Positions 1-9,014 of a stretch of 64,000 nucleotides of DNA are shown here, one piece after another. The notes beneath the pieces are model-generated. The model saw nothing but the letters and a program-made list of their open reading frames with translations. It had not been told where the DNA came from and searched no databases. Every line of letters starts with the position of its first letter. Positions within the stretch are counted from its first letter, which is position 1. The translations under genes were made by a program, and so were the position numbers. Source of the DNA: a virus (taxonomy: Duplodnaviria > Caudoviricetes); the IMG/VR virus record IMGVR_UViG_3300023235_001725; one strand, written 5' to 3'.

Positions 1-979
1 TCCATTTTTCAGTCATATTCTGGATGTTCTGCTTAGTGCTTCGCTCTTTATCGCGAAGTTTTGCTGCGACTTCATATTGCTGCTTCGCTACGGCTTTTTT
101 CTTATCTTGTTCAATCTCTTGAAGACCTTCTTCGGCATCTTTTAGGTCTTTAGGTATTTCTCTAAATCCAAGCTTTGCTTTTGAGCCGACTTCATCTAAG
201 ACATCTATTGCTTTATCTGGGAAATTCCTGTAGTTAATATATCTATCTGACAGCTCAACTATAAATTCTAATGTTTCGTCTGAAAATGATACGCCGTGAT
301 AATCTTCATAGCGTTCCTTTATTTGTTTTAGAATTTCAACCGTCTGCTTCGCAGTTGGAACCGACAGCATGACTTTCTGAAATCTTCTATCAAGCGCTGA
401 GTCATTAGCAATTGTTTTTTTGTGTTCCTCTAAAGTTGTTGCTCCAATAACACGCATTGTACCACGAGCTAGCTCTGGTTTAATGATTTGAGATGCATCC
501 ATTGAACCAGATGCACCACCAGCTCCCATGAGATTGTGAATTTCATCAATAAATATGATAACATCGTCATTTTTTACTGCTTCGTCAATAATAGCCTTCA
601 TTCGCTCTTCGAACTGGCCACGGTACTTTGTTCCTCCGACCAAGGAGGACAAATTTAATTCAATAATTCTTTTATTGAGTAACCATCTATCAGTTTTGCG
701 ATTTACGATTCGCAAAGCCAGCCCTTCGACTAATGCTGTTTTTCCTGTTCCAGCCTCTCCTACGATTATGGGGTTATTCTTCTTTCTTTTGTTGAGAATT
801 TGGACCATCATGTCGATTTCTTCTTCTCGCCCTATTACAGGGTCGAGTTCTCCTTTTGCTGCTAGCAGCGTTAGGTCTCTACCAAAATGTTCTAATACCT
901 GCGTGGAACCCTCTGTGAAAGAAGGGCCCATCCCTTTTTCATCGTCATCAGGGTCTTGAGAAAATGCTCGTCCTGCCAT
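1..979 (-). CDS. clpC: ClpC/ClpB-type AAA+ ATPase lacking the N-terminal Clp-repeat domain (3' end beyond window)
   Basis: Manual translation from ATG at 979: DPVIGREEEI, Walker A GEAGTGKT, GTKYRGQFEERMK, Walker B FIDEIH, RRFQ, FPDKAIDVLDE, UVR-like AVAKQQYEVAANFRDKE. Open to window edge; not in the ORF track. Confidence 0.92.
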   Translation of the reverse strand, partial: MAGRAFSQDPDDDEKGMGPSFTEGSTQVLEHFGRDLTLLAAKGELDPVIGREEEIDMMVQILNKRKKNNPIIVGEAGTGKTALVEGLALRIVNRKTDRWLLNKRIIELNLSSLVGGTKYRGQFEERMKAIIDEAVKNDDVIIFIDEIHNLMGAGGASGSMDASQIIKPELARGTMRVIGATTLEEHKKTIANDSALDRRFQKVMLSVPTAKQTVEILKQIKERYEDYHGVSFSDETLEFIVELSDRYINYRNFPDKAIDVLDEVGSKAKLGFREIPKDLKDAEEGLQEIEQDKKKAVAKQQYEVAAKLRDKERSTKQNIQNMTEKW

Positions 980-985
980 TTTTTT

Positions 986-1021
986 ATGTCTATTGTTATA
1001 TTGTAGTACAACAATAGACAT
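986..1021. promoter_or_regulatory. 12-bp perfect inverted repeat (ATGTCTATTGTT-N12-AACAATAGACAT) just upstream of the clpC start
   Basis: Read directly from the sequence; function inferred. Confidence 0.5.
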
Positions 1022-1087
1022 AAAATGGGACAAATTCAAATTTATTCATGATGCCCACAAATCGTTTTTACGTTTGTGGGTAGTTCA

Positions 1088-1276
1088 CTATACCACCAGT
1101 GACGGCTTTAATTCAAAATAAATGCTGTCTTCTTCTTCAATTGTATGAAGGTCAAATTTTTTTTCAGGATAGTTCTTTCGAATTTCATCCCACAAAGAAT
1201 CGAAACCTCTTCTTCTTAGCTCGTCTGCAGTTGCTTCAAAAACAATCTTCTTTACACTACGTGTTATAATTTTCAT
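1088..1276 (-). CDS. hypothetical protein
   Basis: ORF track; ATG at 1276 (MKIITRS) preferred because it removes the overlap with the upstream gene. Confidence 0.6.
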   Translation of the reverse strand: MKIITRSVKKIVFEATADELRRRGFDSLWDEIRKNYPEKKFDLHTIEEEDSIYFELKPSLVV

Positions 1277-1296
1277 AACCACCTTTTTAAAAGTTA

Positions 1297-1698
1297 TCAC
1301 CACTGAACTGGCTTTGTGCCAAAGCGGTATTTCTCCCTTAATTCAGAATAGAATTGAGGGTTGCCTTTCAGTTGTGAAATCACCTTGTCGGCCACTTCTA
1401 AGATGTTAAATTCTGGGTTTCTCTGTTTTTCGATTTTCAATCCGAGATTGAATTCCGTTGTTGGAAATTCATAAATCTCTTTATTGTCAGCTAGTTGAGC
1501 ATAGTCCCACAGATAATCTGCTACGGGGTCTACGTCTTGAGGAACCTGTGTCGCCTCCCTTCCTTCATAAGGAAACTTACCCTTGTCGTTTGTCGCATAC
1601 ACATGGGCTTGCCCATCATTTTCATGAATTGCGTATTTCTCAAAAAGAGCACTTCTTACTATGGAACGGATTAATTTCACGCCTATTTGGTTTCCCAT
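1297..1698 (-). CDS. hypothetical protein (possible true start GTG at 1680)
   Basis: ORF track; co-oriented with its neighbours. Confidence 0.7.
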   Translation of the reverse strand: MGNQIGVKLIRSIVRSALFEKYAIHENDGQAHVYATNDKGKFPYEGREATQVPQDVDPVADYLWDYAQLADNKEIYEFPTTEFNLGLKIEKQRNPEFNILEVADKVISQLKGNPQFYSELREKYRFGTKPVQW

Positions 1699-1714
1699 AA
1701 ATAGGCACGAAAAC

Positions 1715-1744
1715 CTATTTAGTCGCCTCTATTTAGTCGCCTCT
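1715..1744. repeat. tandem 14-bp direct repeat CTATTTAGTCGCCT x2
   Basis: Read directly in the intergenic region. Confidence 0.8.
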
Positions 1745-1761
1745 AGCCTGTCTATTTCAGC

Positions 1762-2388
1762 TTAGATAAAGTCAATCTTGTTTTGAGTAGTCTGCCCTTT
1801 ATATCCAACGTCTTTCAACATTTCCAAGAGTTTGACTCTAATTAGCTGCTCCCCGATGTTTTCAATCTTCATTTGGAGTGAGTTATACTCACCAATCTCA
1901 AATTGGTCCTTAGCTTCCTTTTTGTCATTGACAGATTTAATTAGGACGTTGATGGCGTCTCTCATTAAATCACGAAAACCTTCTGGTGGAGCAAACTCTT
2001 TGTTTCGGAGAATGTCATACTGAATAGTGTGGATGTTGGCCATCATTGTCTTACAAGGGCAATCGTGAAGCTCCCCTTTGTAGTCCATGACTCTCACACA
2101 GCCGTCAATCATATCTAAGATAATCGACTGTTCCTTAGTGAACACGATTGTTTCCTCTTGAGTATCTTGAGCCACAATCATAGATACAAATCCTCTGATT
2201 TGTTCCATATTCATTTCTCTCTCTGGAAATAAGAATGTCGTCTTGGTGATGGGAATCATCTTCTCTAGGTCGTTGTAAGAAGAGTATGGGACGATGATGA
2301 ATTTGATTATTTTACCATTGTAAAACATCTTTGACATTGATTCTTGCTCTGGTGTGAGGTCGAATATTCCTTTTTTAAACTGACTCAT
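1762..2388 (-). CDS. hypothetical protein
   Basis: 208-aa ORF in the minus-strand operon. Confidence 0.75.
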   Translation of the reverse strand: MSQFKKGIFDLTPEQESMSKMFYNGKIIKFIIVPYSSYNDLEKMIPITKTTFLFPEREMNMEQIRGFVSMIVAQDTQEETIVFTKEQSIILDMIDGCVRVMDYKGELHDCPCKTMMANIHTIQYDILRNKEFAPPEGFRDLMRDAINVLIKSVNDKKEAKDQFEIGEYNSLQMKIENIGEQLIRVKLLEMLKDVGYKGQTTQNKIDFI

Positions 2389-2399
2389 GTTCGCTTATG

Positions 2400-3014
2400 T
2401 TAGTTGTCAAACCAGAAAACAATTCGGTACTCCAAATCTTTTTTTTCATTTGACCTATTATCGTATCTAAAAACTTCTTCTTTTCTTTGCTCCATCGCCT
2501 CAATCAGGCCTTTGAGAGTATCTCTTTGAGATTCCCACTTTCTAAAAATTTGGCTTGGTGCGTTTCCACCGTGCCACCAAAATTTAGGCATTTCTCCCGC
2601 ATCTACTCGTGCTGCATCGTCTGGCGACATAAACCCAGAGTATTTAGTCTCTTTCTGGTTTTTTCTGTATTCTTTTAGCTCTGCCAAAGTTAACCAGGAA
2701 TGCGAATGACCATCACCGCCCCAATACTCTTGTTGTTCCATGATGTACGCACAACAATCGCTAGGAATGCCTTTGGGTTCGCATATAAAATTATTATCCC
2801 TTTCGTTTCTGACGTTGGCCAAGACTCCGAACAAATCGTAATTCCTTCCTCCGCAGACCTCGACAACATTAAACTGGCTTTCACCTTCTTCGTTATCTCT
2901 CTCGAAGTATTTATTCATCGTGAACAGGTCACAATTTTCCCAAACTTCTTTGTCTTCATCCATTGCTGGCCGTTGTGGCTTGCGCTCTGAAAACATGTGA
3001 ATATCACATCCCAT
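2400..3014 (-). CDS. phage hypothetical protein (MGCDIH...RNY.LF..LA.VRN...HSHSWLTL.EL...FWFDN type)
   Basis: Motif pattern recalled from phage proteins of unknown function. Confidence 0.75.
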   Translation of the reverse strand: MGCDIHMFSERKPQRPAMDEDKEVWENCDLFTMNKYFERDNEEGESQFNVVEVCGGRNYDLFGVLANVRNERDNNFICEPKGIPSDCCAYIMEQQEYWGGDGHSHSWLTLAELKEYRKNQKETKYSGFMSPDDAARVDAGEMPKFWWHGGNAPSQIFRKWESQRDTLKGLIEAMEQRKEEVFRYDNRSNEKKDLEYRIVFWFDN

Positions 3015-3059
3015 TGCTATTGTTTTTAATGCTCAATATACGCAAGAAATTGAATTAAG

Positions 3060-4025
3060 TTACATTCCAAAATGAGTCTCCATTGAAGATTGACAAATCA
3101 TAAGCAAACCACACTGGTATTCAACTTGGCTATCAAACCCTTCTTTCACTAGCTTGTTTTGACTAATAGTCATTTCAGCCTTGAAATCCTCGTAATTGTC
3201 ATGATTCCTCCACGCATCAATGTAGCCTTGCATTGCAGATTGAATCATATCAGCCAAAGTATATCCTCGTTTGTGCACCATCCATTCTGAGGGTGACCAA
3301 AACTGGACACCTTTTCTGTCTTCACGGAACGAGTAGTATAATCGCTTATAAACCTCTCCATCTCGGTTTTTTTGCTGGAATTCTAAGTAGCGTTCGTTTG
3401 CTTTCTTATCGAAAGTCAAGTGCAAGTGAGCATCAACCAATTGCATTGCTTCTTGAGAACCTGCAAAATCCTCTTCCTTGGTTACCATGCCAATAACGAA
3501 CACTGTTCCCCCAGTTTCTTTCGCCCATTTAAGAAGCATACGAACCGCCTCTACTTCGCGCTCTAATTTTCCGCCTGGAATATCAGATGCAGCAGTTTGA
3601 AGTGAGTCCACAATGATGAACTCTGTTTTGTTTTCTTTTGTCAATTCCAAAAAAGAGACAAGCGTAGGAATGCTTCTCTCGTCGTCCAAATGAGCATTAG
3701 CATGGAAGTCCATGTTTTGATTACGAGAGCGCACTTTACCTGCGCTAGACTCTCTTTGATATTGTGCGGACTTCATGCTTTTAAGCTCACATTGTAGTTG
3801 AGTAAATAGTGTGGTTTTGCCTGCCCCTGAGGAGCCAGTTACAAAATACACTTGCTCTTTAACGATTCCTCCATCAAACGAAAATAAATCATTAAGAAGA
3901 TTGTGTTCTGTGAGAAAAACTTGTAAAGGAATGTCTATCACTTTGGTAGACGGCGTCAACTGTGGTTTTAATTGGTCTGCTAAGTCTTGTTCTTCCATGA
4001 TTATATTTATATAGTGCTCATTCAC
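3060..4025 (-). CDS. RadA/Sms-like RecA-superfamily ATPase
   Basis: Walker A GSSGAGKTT, Walker B IIVDSLQT, GMVTKEEDFAGSQ and QLVDAHLHL resemble RadA; no Zn finger or Lon-like C-terminal domain. Confidence 0.75.
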   Translation of the reverse strand: MNEHYINIIMEEQDLADQLKPQLTPSTKVIDIPLQVFLTEHNLLNDLFSFDGGIVKEQVYFVTGSSGAGKTTLFTQLQCELKSMKSAQYQRESSAGKVRSRNQNMDFHANAHLDDERSIPTLVSFLELTKENKTEFIIVDSLQTAASDIPGGKLEREVEAVRMLLKWAKETGGTVFVIGMVTKEEDFAGSQEAMQLVDAHLHLTFDKKANERYLEFQQKNRDGEVYKRLYYSFREDRKGVQFWSPSEWMVHKRGYTLADMIQSAMQGYIDAWRNHDNYEDFKAEMTISQNKLVKEGFDSQVEYQCGLLMICQSSMETHFGM

Positions 4026-4055
4026 AGTATACGGTGAGAATTTAAAAAGGTTACA

Positions 4056-4607
4056 TTAGGCTTCTGTGATATGCTCTGTGGTGAATAAATATCTCACTTT
4101 CTGATTTTTCCAGTAGGCTAATTTTTCATCCTGGGCCTGGCGTGTGATGTTGATTTTCGTTAGGAATCCCATGCAATCATCCTCTAAGGCAAATCCTGCA
4201 TAGATAGACTTAGGGTGTTCGGGAAGGAATATACAAAACATATCGAATTCCAAAACGTCTGAGCCGTTGGCTCCTTTGGCTTCTTGAAGTTGCTCTGCTA
4301 CAATCTTTTCTCGGTCGTAATCGTTTACGTCATTGTTAGACATGTAATTCCAAGCAGTCTTTACACCTTCTGGGAGGTCTACTACTCTCGTTCCGTCTAC
4401 TCTGTACCAGATTATTCCGTAATCCGTTAACAGTCTCAACTGGTCCTTATCGACTCTATCCACGATTAGAATCCAGGTCTTCTTAGTTTTGTTTGGCGCT
4501 CCTCTTGTTGCTCTTATAACGGAGCCATCGGAAAACAACTTGCTTCGCTCTGGGCGAACTTTCTTCAGGGCCCTATCGCGCCACCATTTTGTTGAAAATA
4601 TCCGCAT
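4056..4607 (-). CDS. hypothetical protein
   Basis: ORF track; 1-nt stop/start overlap with the upstream gene. Confidence 0.7.
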   Translation of the reverse strand: MRIFSTKWWRDRALKKVRPERSKLFSDGSVIRATRGAPNKTKKTWILIVDRVDKDQLRLLTDYGIIWYRVDGTRVVDLPEGVKTAWNYMSNNDVNDYDREKIVAEQLQEAKGANGSDVLEFDMFCIFLPEHPKSIYAGFALEDDCMGFLTKINITRQAQDEKLAYWKNQKVRYLFTTEHITEA

Positions 4608-5389
4608 TATGCTTTCTGAGGTTTAGGGAGAACAATAGTTTGAATGAATTTAAATGGGGTGTTGGTTGTCGATTCCCAAGAGATAATGTCTCCTATGTCT
4701 CTGCTTCCTTCGTAAAGTGGGTAGTCAAACGCAGCATAGTTGGTTGCATCTTTAGGCTTCACCTCTTGACCAGTGTTCCATTTGTATTTTTTGATTCCAT
4801 GCTCAATCTTGAGCGAGATGGTGTCTAGCTTAGGGAACAGCTCGTCGAACTGCTTTTTGCTCAAGAATTCCTCCTGGCCTTCAATCCTAACTCCAACTAA
4901 CCCGTTGAAGTTATCATCCCAATCTTTATCTGATTTTCTCTCAAAAACAAAGTCCACTATTGGAACTTCTTGTTGATGCAGGTCCCAGTAGAGCCTAAAG
5001 GTTTTTTGAAATGAGTCGTTTTGGTCCAAGTGAATCATTGTCCAAATTAAGCTTTCGATGTGGCCGTCAATATGCTCGTCAATGACTGCTCTTGTTCTTC
5101 CTTTCTTTTTCCCTTCCACATCTGGAACTGGAACTTCTTTAGTTCGTACAAAACAGCTAAAAATATCTCCTTGGCGCAATCCTTTGTGGAAGCCTTGAAA
5201 TGCGTCTTCTGAGTTTTCCCAGTGCCCTGGTTCTGGTTTCATGTAACAGGAGAGCATCTTATTGAAATTGGCCTCACCCATCATTTTCATGAATGTGCCC
5301 CACACACCAATTATGTCATGCGCATGCGCATCTGAATGATGGTTCATTTCATCTTCTATGCGCTTTTGAAACTTTTTGTATAAACTCAT
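4607..5389 (-). CDS. hypothetical protein
   Basis: 260-aa ORF preceded by the CGTATATTG motif. Confidence 0.75.
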   Translation of the reverse strand: MSLYKKFQKRIEDEMNHHSDAHAHDIIGVWGTFMKMMGEANFNKMLSCYMKPEPGHWENSEDAFQGFHKGLRQGDIFSCFVRTKEVPVPDVEGKKKGRTRAVIDEHIDGHIESLIWTMIHLDQNDSFQKTFRLYWDLHQQEVPIVDFVFERKSDKDWDDNFNGLVGVRIEGQEEFLSKKQFDELFPKLDTISLKIEHGIKKYKWNTGQEVKPKDATNYAAFDYPLYEGSRDIGDIISWESTTNTPFKFIQTIVLPKPQKA

Positions 5390-5433
5390 AAGACTGATTT
5401 ATTATCAATATACGAGCCTCAGCTTAAAAAGTT

Positions 5434-5742
5434 TCACCTTTTCTTGTTAGCGTCCATCTCTTCCCATGTTATTAGCCTTTCTGTATCTGGCTGGTCCACC
5501 ATCTCAATCATATTAAGACGTTCTGAAATTCTAATCATCTGACTCACGTGCCCTAGGTCATCGTAGAACTTTTTGCAACAAACCCCTTCTTTTCCTTCCC
5601 CTGTCATGTCTTTATGGCAAGTGAAATACGTTTGCTCTTTTACACATGTTTGAATGATTTCACTAGCTCGTTCTGGAGAGACAATTCTGTTTTTTGTGAG
5701 CAAGCAGTTTTTGCACGGACGTTTGTATACTTTGAATCCCAT
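5434..5742 (-). CDS. small Cys/His-rich putative metal-binding protein
   Basis: PCKNC, FTCHK and VCC motifs. Confidence 0.65.
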   Translation of the reverse strand: MGFKVYKRPCKNCLLTKNRIVSPERASEIIQTCVKEQTYFTCHKDMTGEGKEGVCCKKFYDDLGHVSQMIRISERLNMIEMVDQPDTERLITWEEMDANKKR

Positions 5743-5746
5743 ATCC

Positions 5747-6181
5747 TTATTTTCCTTTTAGAATGGCCAATTCGTTTTCTAATTGTTTAATCCTGGATTC
5801 GTTTCGTGAAAGCTGATGCTTCTCTTCATGCAAATCTGCCGTGGCAATATCCTCTTGAGTAGATAATCGGAGCACTCCATAGTCAAACATATACCCACTG
5901 TGGTCGGAATGATGTTCAATTTTTACGTGGGTTGCTCCTTTGGATTTAAAGTCAGCAAGAAGCTTTTCTATTTGTTCAATAGAGACCCACGCCCCTCCTG
6001 CAGTTAGGTATCTATTGAGAATCTCACCATCTTTATCAAGGCGAATCTCACGCTTACAGTAAACGCAATCTGCGCCTGGCTCATTCCAGCCAGGGAGAGA
6101 CTCTCTGGTTTCGAAATCTAAGTCAGAAATCTCGGTGTCTCCGAAAATTTGAACTGTCAAACATTTTTCTATATCTCCCAT
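5747..6181 (-). CDS. hypothetical protein with C-terminal coiled coil
   Basis: ORF track; heptad-like tail RIKQLENELAILKGK. Confidence 0.7.
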   Translation of the reverse strand: MGDIEKCLTVQIFGDTEISDLDFETRESLPGWNEPGADCVYCKREIRLDKDGEILNRYLTAGGAWVSIEQIEKLLADFKSKGATHVKIEHHSDHSGYMFDYGVLRLSTQEDIATADLHEEKHQLSRNESRIKQLENELAILKGK

Positions 6182-7263
6182 TATGACATCTTGTATTTGA
6201 AGTCGTGGCCCGCTTTCAATTGAATTAAAAACTCGTACATTGATGCGATAACACTTTTTACATCTTCTTTATGTACAGTCTCAACTGTTGTGTGCATGTA
6301 TTTTAGCGGGAAAGACATTAGAACAGATGCTGTTCCTTCACCAGCATAAGCAATTGCGTCTGTATCTGTTCCAGTGTGGTTAGAAGACGCTGCTAACTGA
6401 TACGGGATGGCGTTGCTGTCACAAACCTCTCGAACCATTTTAAGAAGATTATTTTGAACCGCTGGAGCGATAGTCAACACACCGCCTTGCCCAGCCTCAA
6501 ACAAGCCTTGTTTTGACGAGTTGTATGCTGGTGACGTGGTTTCGTGACAAACATCCACTACGAACGCCACATCGGGCTCTATTCGCTTCGCAACCATACC
6601 TGCTCCACGCAAACCAATCTCCTCTTGTACGGCGTTCACCACACAAAGCTTAAATGGTAATTCCACATTGTTCTCCTTCAAGAGTCTTGCGACTTCCGCT
6701 ATTGCAAATCCGCCAATCTTGTTGTCGAGAGCTTTTGCGGTGAAGTAATCTTTTCCGAGCCTCATGAAGTCCGCTTGGAATGTGATGATGGTTCCTACTT
6801 CGATTCCCATTTTCTCGGCATCCTTCTTATTTTTTGCTCCGATGTCCACAAAGATGCTTTCCAATGTCGATTCTTTCGCTCGCCCTTTTACATGAATTGC
6901 TGGATGACCGAACACTCCTTGAATTTTTCCTTTGGTTCCCCATACATCTACTCGCATAGATGGGGCTATTTGAGTATCGCTTCCTCCGTTGCGAATCACT
7001 TTAAGATAACCTCGGCTGTCAACTTGTTGAACATACCAAGCAATCTCGTCAGCATGGGCCTCAATCATTACTGTGTAATCGGAATCCATATCTCCCATTT
7101 CGGCTATGGCGCTTCCATATGTGTCCAGGTAAACATTATCCACGTAATCTGAAATGTGTTTTACCCACACTTGCTGTCCACCCATCTGAACTTCAAACCC
7201 ACTAGGCGAGCATGTGTTCAGGTATTCTTTTAAAAATTTCTTTTGGAGTTTTATTTTCGTCAT
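6181..7263 (-). CDS. M42 family (TET/FrvX-like) metalloaminopeptidase
   Basis: SPSGFE, AHADEI, KALDNK, QEEIGLRGA, VVDV, GTDTDA, YMHTTVE; metal ligands appear intact. Confidence 0.92.
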   Translation of the reverse strand: MTKIKLQKKFLKEYLNTCSPSGFEVQMGGQQVWVKHISDYVDNVYLDTYGSAIAEMGDMDSDYTVMIEAHADEIAWYVQQVDSRGYLKVIRNGGSDTQIAPSMRVDVWGTKGKIQGVFGHPAIHVKGRAKESTLESIFVDIGAKNKKDAEKMGIEVGTIITFQADFMRLGKDYFTAKALDNKIGGFAIAEVARLLKENNVELPFKLCVVNAVQEEIGLRGAGMVAKRIEPDVAFVVDVCHETTSPAYNSSKQGLFEAGQGGVLTIAPAVQNNLLKMVREVCDSNAIPYQLAASSNHTGTDTDAIAYAGEGTASVLMSFPLKYMHTTVETVHKEDVKSVIASMYEFLIQLKAGHDFKYKMS

Positions 7264-7709
7264 TTAGTAAGGTTATTGTTGAGCTCCTTTAAACCATCAT
7301 CGATGGATTTGAGTAATTCTATATCTTTTGGAGTCTCCTCAGTCTTGTCGTCTGGGTCCTCTCGGCGAGCCTTATATAGGTTATATCCTTTTACTACAAA
7401 ATACATTACCAAAGCTACAATTAAAAAGTCAATTGCAACCTCTATAAACTGTCCATAATTTATCGACACCGCTTCTTTTATGACGTCTCCATTTAGTTTT
7501 GTTTCATTCCTTAATGTTAATTGCATATCAGCAAAATTTGCATAAGATGTAAACAAAGAGAAAGGAGGCATTATAATGTCTTTGACTAAAGAATTAATTA
7601 AGACACTGAATTTCATTCCGACTATGATTCCCACGACCATGTCTACGAAGTTCGCTTTGAGAGCAAACTTTTTAAATTCGGATACAAACTTTTTAACTGG
7701 GGCCATCAT
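7260..7709 (-). CDS. mscL: large-conductance mechanosensitive channel
   Basis: FKKFALKANFVDMVVGIIVG, SLVKDIIMPP, NYGQFI...DFLIVA, C-terminal ELLKSIDD bundle helix. Confidence 0.92.
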   Translation of the reverse strand: MMAPVKKFVSEFKKFALKANFVDMVVGIIVGMKFSVLINSLVKDIIMPPFSLFTSYANFADMQLTLRNETKLNGDVIKEAVSINYGQFIEVAIDFLIVALVMYFVVKGYNLYKARREDPDDKTEETPKDIELLKSIDDGLKELNNNLTK

Positions 7710-8053
7710 ACTGCGTATTCATCGCAGAAATCAAAAGTGAGTTCAAGCTCTGGGTCTTCCGCTGCTGCGTATTTTGCTTTGAACTGGTTTTCTTCGCAAA
7801 AATCAAGAAAGTTTTTGACCAGGTTTGCTGAATCAAACTCTTGGCCCTTGTCGAACAACCGTCGCACGATTGGGAACATCACCATTGCAGGATTAACTGT
7901 TATCGACTTCACCTGTTTAATCATTTTTTCATAGCCTGGAGATAGAAGAAAATTCTTCATCGCCTCCATCTTGCTTGTGCATGCTACTTTTTTCGAATCA
8001 TTGAGATGGTTAAGTAGTCCTGACTTCTCCCATAGCTCCATTATTTTATTCAT
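7706..8053 (-). CDS. small protein resembling the N-terminus of a gp23-like major capsid protein
   Basis: WEKSGLLNHL and MFPIVRRLF recall the N-terminal motifs of T4-like major capsid proteins; recognition by eye only. Confidence 0.45.
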   Translation of the reverse strand: MNKIMELWEKSGLLNHLNDSKKVACTSKMEAMKNFLLSPGYEKMIKQVKSITVNPAMVMFPIVRRLFDKGQEFDSANLVKNFLDFCEENQFKAKYAAAEDPELELTFDFCDEYAV

Positions 8054-8483
8054 TCCAAGGTGTTTTTTTACAAATTTCTATTACCTTCTTGCATCTATTT
8101 ACAGAAAACATGCCTATGTGACACAATGCTTTGGGGATTCCCATTTTCTTTCTAAGCCAACTGTAGGCTTCTCTTCTGTTCCAGTTCTTTCTCCTCTCGT
8201 AAGCAATGGGGTCGAAAGCCGCGTGGGCTTGCTTCCTCCAGTTGCGAAGCTCTCCTTTGGCAACACTGCCTAAGCTCTCCTTTGAGGTCTTATGGTGAAC
8301 CCCAACATAAGCATCACAGGGCTCGCATAAATACATCATCCCATAACTACGACCATACACAAGGGATGAATCCACGTATTTTGTTTCGCCTTTGCAGTAA
8401 GGACACTTCTTTCCTCGAAGTATTTCAAAGTCCGCCCCCAAATGTTCGCATGCACTCTTTAATTCTGCATCATCTATTTCCAT
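8046..8483 (-). CDS. zinc-finger protein (DUF3268-like)
   Basis: CPYC...YLCEPCDAYVGVH...RKQAHAAFDP...AYSWL...CHIGMF. Confidence 0.8.
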   Translation of the reverse strand: MEIDDAELKSACEHLGADFEILRGKKCPYCKGETKYVDSSLVYGRSYGMMYLCEPCDAYVGVHHKTSKESLGSVAKGELRNWRKQAHAAFDPIAYERRKNWNRREAYSWLRKKMGIPKALCHIGMFSVNRCKKVIEICKKTPWNE

Positions 8484-8500
8484 AAGTCTCTACTCTGTAT

Positions 8501-8962
8501 CTATGACGGGTCGCGCACTTCCGACCAAACTTTACTATTTAACCCTCTCTTGTATGTGGTCCCAAATCTGATTGGAGACGCCATGTTTGTTAATGCGATT
8601 TGCATCACAATCTTCGTCTCTTGAAATACTCGATACATTCGGAAATAATTCTCCTTGTACCAGGCTTTGTATTCCTCTAAATCCATTTTTGAAAACTCTT
8701 CCTGGGTCTTCTCTCCCATTTCTATTGCAATATCTTGGTCCCACGGTTTATTTCCGAACGGACGCTTATCGTCTGTACAGAATATACCTTCGTAGCAAAC
8801 GTCGTAGTCTGCTCCAAATGTGATATCTATTCTTGATGCTAATTGGATGTGGTGGGGTTCGATTCTAAACTCCTGCGCATTTTCGAGCTCTGCACTAATA
8901 GAATTCTTTTGTGCGTCTAATGTTATAAGCTCGTCTTCTTTCCAAATTTCTCTAAACCACAT
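8501..8962 (-). CDS. hypothetical protein
   Basis: ORF track; KRPFGN..DIA motif; upstream CGTATATTG. Confidence 0.7.
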   Translation of the reverse strand: MWFREIWKEDELITLDAQKNSISAELENAQEFRIEPHHIQLASRIDITFGADYDVCYEGIFCTDDKRPFGNKPWDQDIAIEMGEKTQEEFSKMDLEEYKAWYKENYFRMYRVFQETKIVMQIALTNMASPIRFGTTYKRGLNSKVWSEVRDPS

Positions 8963-9014
8963 AAGGGGACATTTTTAGTGTGCCTCCAATATACGGTAGA
9001 ATTCAGAAAAGGTT

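Noticed and set aside
555-959. 134-aa plus-strand ORF from the track
   Set aside because: Antisense to the clearly conserved clpC frame.
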